Source of the DNA: Chiloscyllium plagiosum
Taxonomy: Eukaryota
Direction: 5' to 3'
Assembly (NCBI RefSeq): GCF_004010195.1
Contig: NC_057719.1
Location: 22,824,193-22,875,180, forward strand
DNA: 50,988 nt
The first letter of the stretch is position 1. Each line of letters begins with the position of its first letter. This document shows, piece by piece, positions 37,395-48,086 of this stretch. Under the pieces are notes generated by a model. The model saw only the letters and a list, made by a program, of their open reading frames with translations, searched no databases and was not told the DNA's origin. A program made the position numbers and the translations under genes.

Positions 37395-37556
37395 ATTTAA
37401 AAGACATCTGGATGGGTGTATGAACAGGAAGAATTCAGAGGGACATGGGCCAAGTGCTGGCAAATGTGACTAGATTAGGTTGGGATTTCTGGTCGTCATG
37501 GACGGGTTGAACGAAAAGGTTTGTTTCCATGCTGTACATCTCTATGACTCTATGAC
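37395..37556 (+). mobile_element. CR1 3' end
   Basis: CATTTAAAAGACATCTGGATGGG...CTCTATGACTCTATGA. Confidence 0.85.
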
Positions 37557-38079
37557 ATGTAGAATAGCACATTGTCAGGGGTATGTCTATATGGTACAGT
37601 AGCAGTGAGCTGACAGCCTCAGATGGATATCCATGATTGTTCTTGGGTTTCAGAAAGTTATCCTGCCTCTGAAAACACACATATGCACATAGTGTGTTCA
37701 AGGTGCTCATGAACTTGACATCCTACTTCTGAACGTAAAACTTATAATGCATGGATATTGAATGTCAGCTCATGTAGATTCACCTTATTGTCATGAACAT
37801 TCTTTCATGTGAAAACGTTCAAAATGACACTGACCCTGAAATTTCTGGAACTCTATTCTGTTGCCAGAGGTATCTCCTTTTACTTGATATGACTGAGAGA
37901 TTTATTTTCATATAAGGGACAGGTGTCAATGCCATGTAGTGTTCCCCATGCTGCCTGTTTTCCCTGTGGTGTTCACTATGGCTCAATGCCATCACTCTTG
38001 TGACTAACTTAGATAGCTGTGGATTTAAATCTCTTGAGAGATTTGAGTGCAATGTTAGTTATTCACTGCAACATGGAGG

Positions 38080-40210
38080 GTGTGCTATCTTTTGGAATGG
38101 AGGGCGGTGGTGAGAAATGAAGAGGAGTCTGGGAGAAACTAAGAAACAAAATGGAGGCTTCTGTTGAATACTGGAATAATAATTGCAATAGAATTCAGGA
38201 AGAGTATCTCAAAAGCAGGAGAGAGATTGGAATAAGGACGTCTAGATGAAGCGTAAGGCAAGGATGGAAGACTACACTAAACAAATTGAAAAATGTTCTT
38301 CAAACATTTTAAGAGGAAAAGATTTTTAAAGAATAGAGTCGGGCCGATAAGGAACACACAGGGTAAGCTCCTCTGCAAAGCAAAGGGCAGACCACACTTT
38401 GTTCTGTCTTTCCAAATTAGAAAGTGATGGCAATGGCCAGTTGAAATTGTGGGTGTTAGCTAACTGAGCTATACAGTGATAGATATAGAAAACGTGCTAA
38501 AATGGCAGGCAGGATTCTGTGTAGAGAAGTCATCAGGTCTGGATGGGATGCATTTTGGATTGCCGAGAGAGGTAAGGAAGCAAACTGTGGACTTATTGAC
38601 AGACGTTTTCCAGGCCTCTCTGAGCACAGGATGAGTCACAGGGGACTGGAGGATTGGAGCTTGACATCAGCACGGGAAAACTGATTGGGGCCATAAACAT
38701 GGGATAAGATAAATATATACTGAGAGAAAAATAATACTAGACGGTCAACATAGCTTTATCAGTAGCAGGTCATATCTGACAAATTTAATAGAGTTCTTTG
38801 ACATGGTGACATAGGCTGGGGATGAAGGTAGTGCTGCAGATGTTGTACATTTGGAAAGCATTTGATAGGGTGCCACATGGTAGGTTGGTTAGCAAATTAG
38901 AAATGCTTGGGACTGATGGGTCCATGATTAGAAGTTGGTGAAAAGATAAGAAACAGAGGGAAGGTATAGATGGGCATTTCTCAGACTTGACATGAATTGA
39001 AAGTGGTACTCCCCAGAGATTGGTGCTTGGACCTTTGTTTTCTTTATTTATATAAATGACGTGGAGATGGCAGTTGAAGACAAAATCTCTAAACTGCAGA
39101 TAATGCTGAGCTACGGAGAATAGTGAATTGTGTGGATGACACTGAATGACTTAAGAGGAATATTGTCGAAAAGTGTGGTACTGGAAAAGCACAGCAGGTC
39201 AGGCAGCATCCAAGGAGCAGGAGAACGATGTTTCAGGCATAAGCCCTTCAAAAGGAATATGGGGGTGGGGAGGTGCGTGGAGTGCTGGGGGGGAAGAGGG
39301 CTGAGAGATCATTTATCTCTCCTGCTCATTGGACGCTGCCTGACCTGCTGTGCTTTTCCAGCGCCATAAGTTTCGACTCTGATCTCCAGCATCTACACAC
39401 CTCACTTTCTCCTTAAGAGGACAAGTTGACTAAATGGGCAGACACCTGGCAAATGAAATTCAATGCAGAGAAAAGTGAGGTAATGCATTTTTGTAGGAGA
39501 AAAACCATGCATAGACAATATAGACTCAAATTTGAGGGGAGTACAGGAACAGAGGAGCCCTTGGGGTTCAATTGCAGAATTCTTTGAATGTAGCCAGGCA
39601 AGTTGAAACAATTGTTAAGGATAGGATCTTTGGGTTTATATATAGAAGCATAGAGTATTAAAGCAAGGAAGTGATGTTACATCTCTACAAGACCATATTT
39701 AGAGTATTGTGTTCAGTTGTGGGCACCTTATTTAAGGAAGGAAACTAAAACACTAGAGAATGTAGCAGAGATTTACTAGCATGATACCAGGAATGAGGAA
39801 TTTTAGATACAAGTAAAAATTATGAAATTGTGTTTATTCTCCTTGGAACAGAGAAAATTACGGTGTTCAAAATTATGAACAATCTTGACAGGGTAAAGGA
39901 AGATATTTGTTTCCACGAGTTGGGATGTCAGTCATTCGGGGTCACACTTTCAAGATTGCCAGGGGGGTCTGAAGTGAGATGAGGAGAAATTAATTTAAAC
40001 GGAGAGTTGTTAGGATTTGGAATGTATCGTCTGGGAAAATGGTGGAGACGGGTTCCATAAGAAGTTTCAAAAGAGAGCTGGATATATATTTGAAAACGGT
40101 GAATTTAGCGGGCTACGGAGATAGGGCTAGAGAATGGGACGAGCGGGTTAGCTCTTTCGGGAGCTGGTACAAACATGAGATTGAATGGCCTGCAAAATTC
40201 TATGATTCCA
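38080..40210 (+). mobile_element. Old CR1 ORF2 fragment
   Basis: Decayed QHSFISSRSYLTNLIEFF, KAFDRVPH, PQRLVLGP, LEYCVQLW motifs. Confidence 0.8.
39160..39411. mobile_element. PLE fold-back insertion
   Basis: TSD CTTAAGAGGA (39150-59, 39412-21); inverted arms. Confidence 0.8.
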
Positions 40211-40561
40211 TGAATGAAATTTTAAACTATGTGAGTGTCAAAGACTTCATGGCAGTCTGCAAAAAAGCGCAATGAACAAATAGAGGACCTTTCTTCGGCT
40301 CCAGCTATTGGGTGTAAACTGGCTTGAAGTCTCAACAGCCATTTTTGGATAAGAAGTTGCTCTTTATGAAGTATTTTATATGTATTTACCATGGCTGCAA
40401 GAAACATGGAGCTGGTAGAATTTCCAAGAGGAAACCATCTATTTCTTTTCTACTTGATTAAACATATTTGAAAAGATGCAAAGATACATAAGTGCATGTC
40501 CCAACCAATTGGAATAATTGGCTTTGTTATGAAAGTTTTGGCATCCAGAATCCTGGGTACT

Positions 40562-41345
40562 ATAAGACCATAAGACCATAAGACATAGGAGCCGAAGTAA
40601 GGCCATTCAGCCCATCGAGTCCACTCCGCCATTCAATCATGGCTGATGGGCATTTCAACCCCACTTACCTGCATTCTCCCCGTAGCCCTTAATTCCTTGT
40701 GACATCAAGAATTTATCAATTTCTGCCTTGAAGACATTTAGCGTCCCAGCCTCCACTGCACTCTACGGCAGTGAATTCCACAGGCCCACCACTCTCTGGC
40801 TGAAGAAATGTCTCCGCATTTCTGTTCTGAATTTATCCCCTCTAATTCTAAGGCTGTGTCCACGGGTCCTAGTCTCCTCGCCTAACGGAAACAATTTCCT
40901 AGCATCCACCCTCTCCAAGCCATGTATTATCTTGTAAGTTTCTATTAGATCTCCCCTTAATCTTCTAAACTCCAATGAATACAATCCCAGGATCCTCAGC
41001 CGTTCCTCATATGTTAGACCTACCATTCCAGGGATCATCCGTGTGAATCTCCGCTGGACACGCTCCAGTGCCAGTATGTCCTTCCTGAGGTGTGGGGATC
41101 AAAACTGGACACAGTACTCCAAATGGGGCCTAACCAGAGCTTTATAAAGTCTCATTAGCACAACGGTGCTTTTATATTCCAACCCTCTTGAGATAATTGA
41201 CAACATTGCATTCGCTTTCTTAATCACAGACTCAACCTGCATGTTTACCTTTAGAGAATCCTCAACTAGCACTCCCAGATCCCTCTGTACTTTGGCCTTA
41301 CGAATTTTCTCACCATTTAGAAAGTAGTCCATGCTTGTATTCTTT
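40562..41345 (-). mobile_element. Relatively young CR1 3' fragment
   Basis: ORFs 41099-41332 and 40763-41038 (RPHLEYCVQF; LGLYSLEFRRLRGDLIETYK); ATAAGACC repeat tail. Confidence 0.93.
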
Positions 41346-41434
41346 TTTCTATTTCACTCTTGCTAACTAGCATTAGTAGCACTCTTCCAGGCCTTAATAT
41401 TTAAGGACCACTATCTTCAGGAAAATCTCTTTTC

Positions 41435-41600
41435 TATAGCTCAATTGACTGCATGGCTGGTTTGTGATGCAAAGTGAGGCCAATAGAATGGGTTCAATTC
41501 CCACACTAGCTGAGGTTAACATGAAGAATTCTCCTTCTCAATTTCTCCCCTCACCTGAGTCTATGGCTTATTAGGATTATGGTGACATTATGTTTACCTT
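41435..41600 (+). mobile_element. SINE, same family as 2778-2990
   Basis: TAGCTCAATTG, GGTTCAATTCC, GCTGAGGTTAACATGAAG. Confidence 0.65.
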
Positions 41601-42347
41601 TTCTATTACACATACGGGACAGTAATGATCATTAAAGGAACATTGTCACGGAGAAGAGGGAGAGACGATTTGTTTTCTTTTTATTTCCCGGTCATCCTCT
41701 CAGAAGTGGCGCCATTGCAGGGCAAATGTTTGGATACTGACACCCAGAGTAGAATATGAAGGGACAGAATAAAGAAACATTTTAAAAAAAAAACAAGTAG
41801 AGTCAAAGGGGAAACAAACTCCAAAAGATACAATTAATGACTCTTAAATTCATGTTGAATTTGGAACAAAGTAAATGAATTAGCGCCATAAATAAATGGG
41901 TGCAATCTTATTGCCAATATCAAGGCATGGTTACAATGAGATCAAATTAAACATTGGCAAATTTGTGACTTTTCAAAAGGACAGACAGGAAGACATGGGT
42001 GGTGGTGTAGCTTTGTTAGAATGAGATGGAAATGCATATTAGCAAGAAAATAATCTTGAACCAGATGATGTCGAAGCAATATGGGCAGAACTAAGAAATA
42101 ACAATGGGAAGAAGATACTGGAGAGTGTAAACGATAGCCACCCTCCCCCACCCACCTTTTGCAATATCTATACTGCAGGTCAGAAAATAAATCAGGAGAA
42201 AGTGAGGATATAGGAAAGGCAATGTATGAATCATGAGTGAATTTAATCTTCATGTATACTGACACAATCAAATTGGCAGAGGTAGCAACAAGGAAAGATC
42301 CATTAAGAATTTTGAGAAACTTTTTCTGGAACAAATTGTTGCAAATC

Positions 42348-42543
42348 TGTAGTGATTGGCCAGGTGGAACTCATTGATGATGAGATTCTTGATTGAGGTT
42401 GCTACGTTCAGCCAATCAGGGAGCCTGGCTGATGGATATCAATAGAAGATTCAGGAGGTCTTTGAGCTGGCTGGTCACATCCTATATACAGTGCACATTA
42501 AATAAAGGGTGGCTTTGTGATTGGCCTCTGTGCAATCATTTCA
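42348..42543 (+). mobile_element. Short solo LTR (196 bp) in an old CR1 endonuclease remnant (~41870-42700)
   Basis: TG...CA termini, AATAAA at 42501, CCAAT motif, near-TSD AAATC/AGATC. Confidence 0.6.
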
Positions 42544-43392
42544 AGATCTAATCAGAGACCTTGTTAATTGTATTTGAAATTGCACATTAAGACAGGTTTA
42601 ATAAATCATCTCAGAGTAAAAGAAGCTCCTAGGAAGCATTGGCCATAATAATGTAGAATTTACATTCAGTATGAGAGGGTCCAATTTAAAATGACCCACA
42701 TCAAATAGGTTAAGATTGAAGCAAAGTAGAGTTTACTCCTTCAATTCAAACCCAGGGGAATGGCACATGACACACATTCACACATACACATGCATCTAAG
42801 AAATTAGGACAGAGTGAAAAGAAATGGGAGAGATTATTCAAAAGACAAAGATGTCAGAATTAGTTGATGTGAATCAGTGAATGTTGCAATCCAACCCAAT
42901 GAGGTATTTTCATTTGAATGTATACCGAAGTCTCCTTCACAGGAGGCCAAATGAGGTCAAATTTCTGGTGCCAGTGTATTAGTTATTTGGTGAAAGTTGG
43001 TTTGTTTCACAGGCAAAACACAGGTTCCTTTTGAAAAATCAAACTTGAGAGAGATTATAATCTGATACAGGTATCTACTGAAGCCTGGAGCTGCTGCCTC
43101 CTCTGGTGTTCTGATCAATTTGATGCATTAAATTCAAAGCTGTATAACATTTTCCTTATCTTCAAATTGATGATTGAACCATGTCCATTGGGTCTGTTTC
43201 TGCTGGAGGTAATGAACTCCAGGGACCACATTGGGGGTGGGGATGGGGGATGTGGTAGTGGGGAATAGAATAATAAACTCATTAATTTCTATGAAAGATC
43301 TGTGTAATCATAGTTTGTTTGTAAAATAGATTGATTCATTTGTAAAATTCTCAGAAACTTGTTAAAAGTTGCTGACTTGGTTGAAGGAAAAG

Positions 43393-43745
43393 GGGCAGCA
43401 TGGTGGCTCAGAGGTTAGCACTGCTGTCTCATAGCACCTACGTTTGATTCCTGCCTCATGCAACTATCTGTGTGGAGCTTGTACATTCTCCCTGTGTCTG
43501 TGTGGGTTTCCTCTGGGTCCTGCGGTTTCCTCCCACAGTCCAAAGATGTGCCGTATAAATGGAGTGGCCATGTTAACTTGCCTCATAGTGTCCAGGGATG
43601 TGCAGACTAGGTGGTTAGCCATGGGAAATGCAGGGTTACAGGGATAGGGAAAGGAGGTGAGGCTGGCTGGGTGGCTTGACGGAGGTCTGGCGTGAATTTG
43701 AAGGGCCAAATGGCCTGCGTCCATGCTGTAGGGATGCTATGATTA
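43393..43745 (+). mobile_element. HE1-type SINE
   Basis: GGTGGCTCAGAGGTTAGCACTGCTG head; TCCCACAGTCCAAAGATGTGC; TGTAGGGATGCTATG tail. Confidence 0.88.
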
Positions 43746-43979
43746 AAAAAAATAGCTTTAGTCATATGACTAGGACTTGGTTGAGACTCTCAAGTAACGG
43801 GATTATCATCAGAAACCATCGTCTTTTGTAGCAGAAAGCAATGGACTAATTTACATGAAATCAAGCTATAATGGTCTCCTTCATTCAGAACTGGCTGAGG
43901 TAAGCATCTCATATACTAGTCCTTGCTGTTGCTTTGGCTGGAGTGTTCATTTAATGAAAGGAGTGTCATATTCACCAAA

Positions 43980-44620
43980 TCATAGAGTCATAGAAATGTA
44001 CAGCAAAGAAACAGACACTTCAGACCAATTCATCCATGCCAACCAGTTATCCTAAATTAATGTAGTCTGATTTGCCAGCAGTCGGACCACATCAATCTAA
44101 ATCCTTTGTATTCATATACCCATCCAGATTCTATTTAAATATTGTAGTTGTACTAGCCTTCACTACTTCCTCTGGTAGCTCACTCCATACACACACCACC
44201 CTTTGCATGAAAATGTTGCCCCTCAAGTCCCTTTTAAATCTTTCCCCTCTCACACTAAACCAATGCTCTCTAATTCTGAACTCCCCCACCTCAGGGAAAA
44301 GACCTCGTCTATTTACCCACCATGCCCCTCAGGGTTTTATAAACCTCTATAAGGTCACCCCTCACCCTTCAATGCTCCAGTGAAAACAGCCCCAGCTTAT
44401 TCAGCCTCTCTCTATAAGTTAACCTGCAACCTTAGCGACATTATTGTAAATCTTTTCTGAACCCTTTCAAGTTCCACAATATCCTTCTTCTCAAAGGGAG
44501 ACCAGAATTGCATACAATATTCCAAAAGTGGCCTAACCAATATCCTGCACAGCCACAACATGATCGTCCAGCTTCTATACTTGATGCTCTGACCAATAAA
44601 GGAAAGCATACCAAATGCCA
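43980..44620 (-). mobile_element. CR1 3' fragment
   Basis: TCATAGAGTCATAGA tail; LVRPLLEYCMQFWSP. Confidence 0.88.
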
Positions 44621-45199
44621 GAAATGATATACAAGCTTTTGTCCTCTGGTTATTGCAAGTCAGAATATTCCAAAAATTGTAGTCAACTGGCATCATGTGA
44701 TCAAAGACATCCATGTGGTCAGTCCACAAAAGTGTCCATCTTTTAAGAAAGTTCAAGTAAGAGAACATATTTTTATACAAATCAAATTTGGATCTCCAAC
44801 CTCTGGCCATTACAATCATTGCAAAGGGTCACTTTATCATCCTCATCCTTCATCAATGTGATGGACCTTGAATGTTAACTGTGAAATCAAAACCCTTTAA
44901 AATTTGTACTTTCTTTGTCATGCCCAAGGGAAACCTTTCTAATCTGGTATGTAACATTGTGAGTACATATTGAAAGAGTTAGTCTCAATTGACAAGATAT
45001 TGTTGAAAACAGTTGGCGAAGCTTTCAATTTTGCACTCATTAGCTCAAAGACAGGAATGCTAAATTTCAAATGAAAAATATACCACAAAGGAGCAGGGTG
45101 CTATTCAGTTGGCAAATCCACACTGACTGGCTGAACTGTTGCCATGGAGAAAACAATGGGAGCTAATTTAAAAAAAAAGAATTAGGTGGCAAACCAAGT

Positions 45200-45680
45200 T
45201 TACTTAGTGGTTAGTATTACAGCCTCACAGCGCCAGGGACCTGGGTTTGATTCCAGCCTCAGCTACCTGCCTGTCTGGAGTTTTCACACTCTCCTGATGC
45301 CTATGCAGGTTTGTTTGCACAGTCCAAAGATGTGTAAGTTAGGTGGATTGGCCATGTTAAATTGCCCTACCCCCTCCTCCCATTTATTTCTCCACACCTG
45401 AGGCTCCCTACCTCATTCCTGATTTTCCTGCTCCTCGGATGCTGCCTGACATGCTGTGCTTTTCCAGCACTACTCTAATCTAGACTCTGATCTCCAGCAT
45501 CTGCAGTCGTCAGTTTTGCCATGTTAAACTGCCTCTTAGTGTTCAGGAATGTGCAGACTCGGTGGATTAGCCATGGGAAATGCAGTGTTAAAAGGGTGGG
45601 TCTGGGTGGAATGTTTTTTGGAGAATTAGTGCAGACTTAATGGGCTGAAGGGCCTGTTTCCACACTGTAGGGGATTCTAT
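45200..45680 (+). mobile_element. HE1-type SINE split by a PLE insertion
   Basis: AGTGGTTAG...GCCTCACAGCGCCAGGGACCTGGG head; CACACTGTAGGGATTCTAT tail. Confidence 0.85.
45367..45517 (+). mobile_element. PLE 3' end with hammerhead core deleted
   Basis: 16-bp TSD GCCATGTTAAA[T/C]TGCC (45351-66, 45518-33); CATTCCTGAT|TTTCCTGCTCC junction. Confidence 0.85.
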
Positions 45681-46984
45681 CCTTTTCTCAAGCATCTGGA
45701 CTTTGGGGCTTTGCATTGTGCCCGTTGTATCTTTACATGGAGCAGCCCCTTTGCATTATTCAAGATTATGATTGGCTTGTTAAAAATAATGGCAGTTTTT
45801 AAGTGTGGGAGCAAGTTTGAAACAAGTGTTTAATCAAATATGAGAATTTCGGGCAAAGCCAGGATTTGTTGCCCATATCCCTAGTTGCTCTTGAGAATTT
45901 AGTAGCGCTGTTTGAACCATTGCAGTTTGTCAGATACAGTGTTATTAGAAAGGGAACAGTTTCTGCCTGTTCTCGATAAATAGGTAGCTGCTAACTTCAA
46001 TTGAATCTTCAGTGAACTCATATCAGCCAGGAATTTCTGACGCGATCTCCCTGCTCCATCTTCTGAACTTCACCATAGACTGCCACTGTTCTGGAATAGA
46101 TAGAGCAGCAAAGCAAGTGTAGCTCTAAGTGACTTTCCCACCTACTTCACTGAGGCAAACGTAATGAAGTTGTTTTGGAATAACATTGCACTTAAATTAC
46201 AACAGTGCCAGATGCAAGTATAGAAGCAGCATTGTGATATAAGGGTTATGAAAGTCGTGCCACCAGTGTAAGAAAGTTCTTTCATATGGTTGCCACGAGA
46301 ATCATAAAAACAATGGACTGCAGTTTTTAGCCACTGGCAGCATAAATAATAAAGAACAGTGAAAACAGTTAATGTATTGCTGATCTATATGCATGTTTAA
46401 CTAGCTACAAATATGTTACAAATGTTTATTTTCACATTCTTATGCAATTATTTCACACGAGGTGAATTTGTCTGGATTGTCAATCTGAAAAATTTGGCAT
46501 GTGGGGATATCTTCATTGAAGAAAAAAGTACAGAAAAATAAAGAAATTAAACATTAAATCAATTGTGCCTTTGTGAGAAATTGACTTGCTCATCTCAAAG
46601 GAATTAAACATCAGCATCCATTTGTAAATACATTTCAGTTCAAACCTGTCTCTCTTCTAATTGATGTGGGCATACCAGTGACTCCAGGAGGATGATACTT
46701 CTCTGCCTTAGAGCAGTTTTAAAGCAAATCTCATGTCACACACTGTGGGCAACAAGCCCATTAAAATAGCTTTTGAATAATAAATTTTAAATTGAAATAA
46801 TCGGAAAGATCATTAAAGTTATAATTATATTGGCGATATTATTTAACCAACACATTATCTTCTGTGCGGAATTTGAAATCATTAACTCTTGCAATGATTG
46901 TGTTTTTATTAGAATAATTAGGCGGATAGCTTTATTATTCATGAGCAATGAGTTCACCACCACAACAACTGATATTCATTTAAC

Positions 46985-47350
46985 ATGCCTTTAGAATAAT
47001 AAAATGTCTCAAGGTGTGTTGAAGCAGTGTCATGAAACAATATTAAAGCCCGAGTTAATGCAGTTGAACACTGAGTACTTGAGGAGACTAGAGACAGGGA
47101 GGGGGGAGACCAGAGCAAGATTAGAAAACAAGAATGAGGGATCAAGGCATTTCTTAGCTGCAAGTCAATGTGGATCAGTGCTGAAAGATAAACAGAAAAT
47201 GATATGAGTTAGGACACAGGCAGCAGTGTTTTAGATGAGCTCAAGTTTCCAGTGAGTATAATGGAGAAGGTTAACTAAGAGTCCATTGGTTCAGGCAAGT
47301 CTGAATTTAGCAAAGGCATAAATCCCTCAAATGAGTTGCTGCAGATGTGA
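46985..47350 (-). mobile_element. Ancient L2-like LINE 3' remnant
   Basis: GGCAGCAGTGTTTTAGATGAGCTCAAG and AAGTCTGAATTTAGCAAAGGCAT resemble the reverse L2 RT C-terminus. Confidence 0.5.
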
Positions 47351-47736
47351 AGTTGAAGGAAACCGCGGGAATTTATAATACTGAACTGAAGTGGGAAATC
47401 CAGAACTTGGAATTACACAGCCAAATTTCCTGAGTACTTTCAAACACGTCCACCCACCTGTAACTGAATGCCTCATCTCAGCCACTCAGAGTCTAGGAGC
47501 ATTACAATATTTGTGACAGGTTTCCAATTTACTCATGGCATTATGAGTAACAGCATACATAAATCTGAATTACCTCACTCTCCACTTTGTCCAGGTTAAC
47601 TCAGCATAAATGTACACCTAATGTGTTGATCACTAACTCTGTGTCATTATTGGAACATCTGAAGTAAATACAATTCTGTTTGAAGTAAATGGATTGATCC
47701 TTCATTTTAAAAAAAAGGAAGAATTTGAGATGAGTA

Positions 47737-47912
47737 CAGAGGAGCCTTGATTGTCCGGCATTCAATTATCTGAATTTCGGACTATCTGGACATGATCACA
47801 AGGTCTCGATGCTTGGCTAAACTGTGTTATCCGGCATTCGATTATCTGAACATTAGATTGTCCGAACAGAGTACTTCCCGCCCATGTCGTTTGGATCATC
47901 AAGATTCGTCTG
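47737..47912. mobile_element. 176-bp pogo/Tigger-like MITE
   Basis: TA-CAGAGGAGCCTTGATTGTCC ... GGATCATCAAGATTCGTCTG-TA; internal GATTATCYGRA repeats. Confidence 0.82.
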
Positions 47913-48086
47913 TATATTGTTACAATCAGGTGAGGAAAGGTAAATCAGTTCTCTCGTTTCAACCACTTCAGCATTTTCAATTAGTGTTAAAAACCCTTCA
48001 GTGACACAAAGTTATATTTCTCTCCAGTTGAAAAAATACTCAACTAGCTCACCATAAATAATAAGAAGTCACTTGTGAGATTTAGA

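Noticed and set aside
44630..44740. Protein-like minus frame WTDHMDVFDHMMPVDYNFW
   Set aside because: Poor donor and no homology recognised; ORF length inflated by the adjacent CR1
5769..45517. Repeated GCTGGAAAAGCACAGCAGGTCAGGCAGCATC as a CRISPR-like repeat
   Set aside because: Dispersed, irregularly spaced, TSD-flanked and eukaryotic; no spacer array or cas genes
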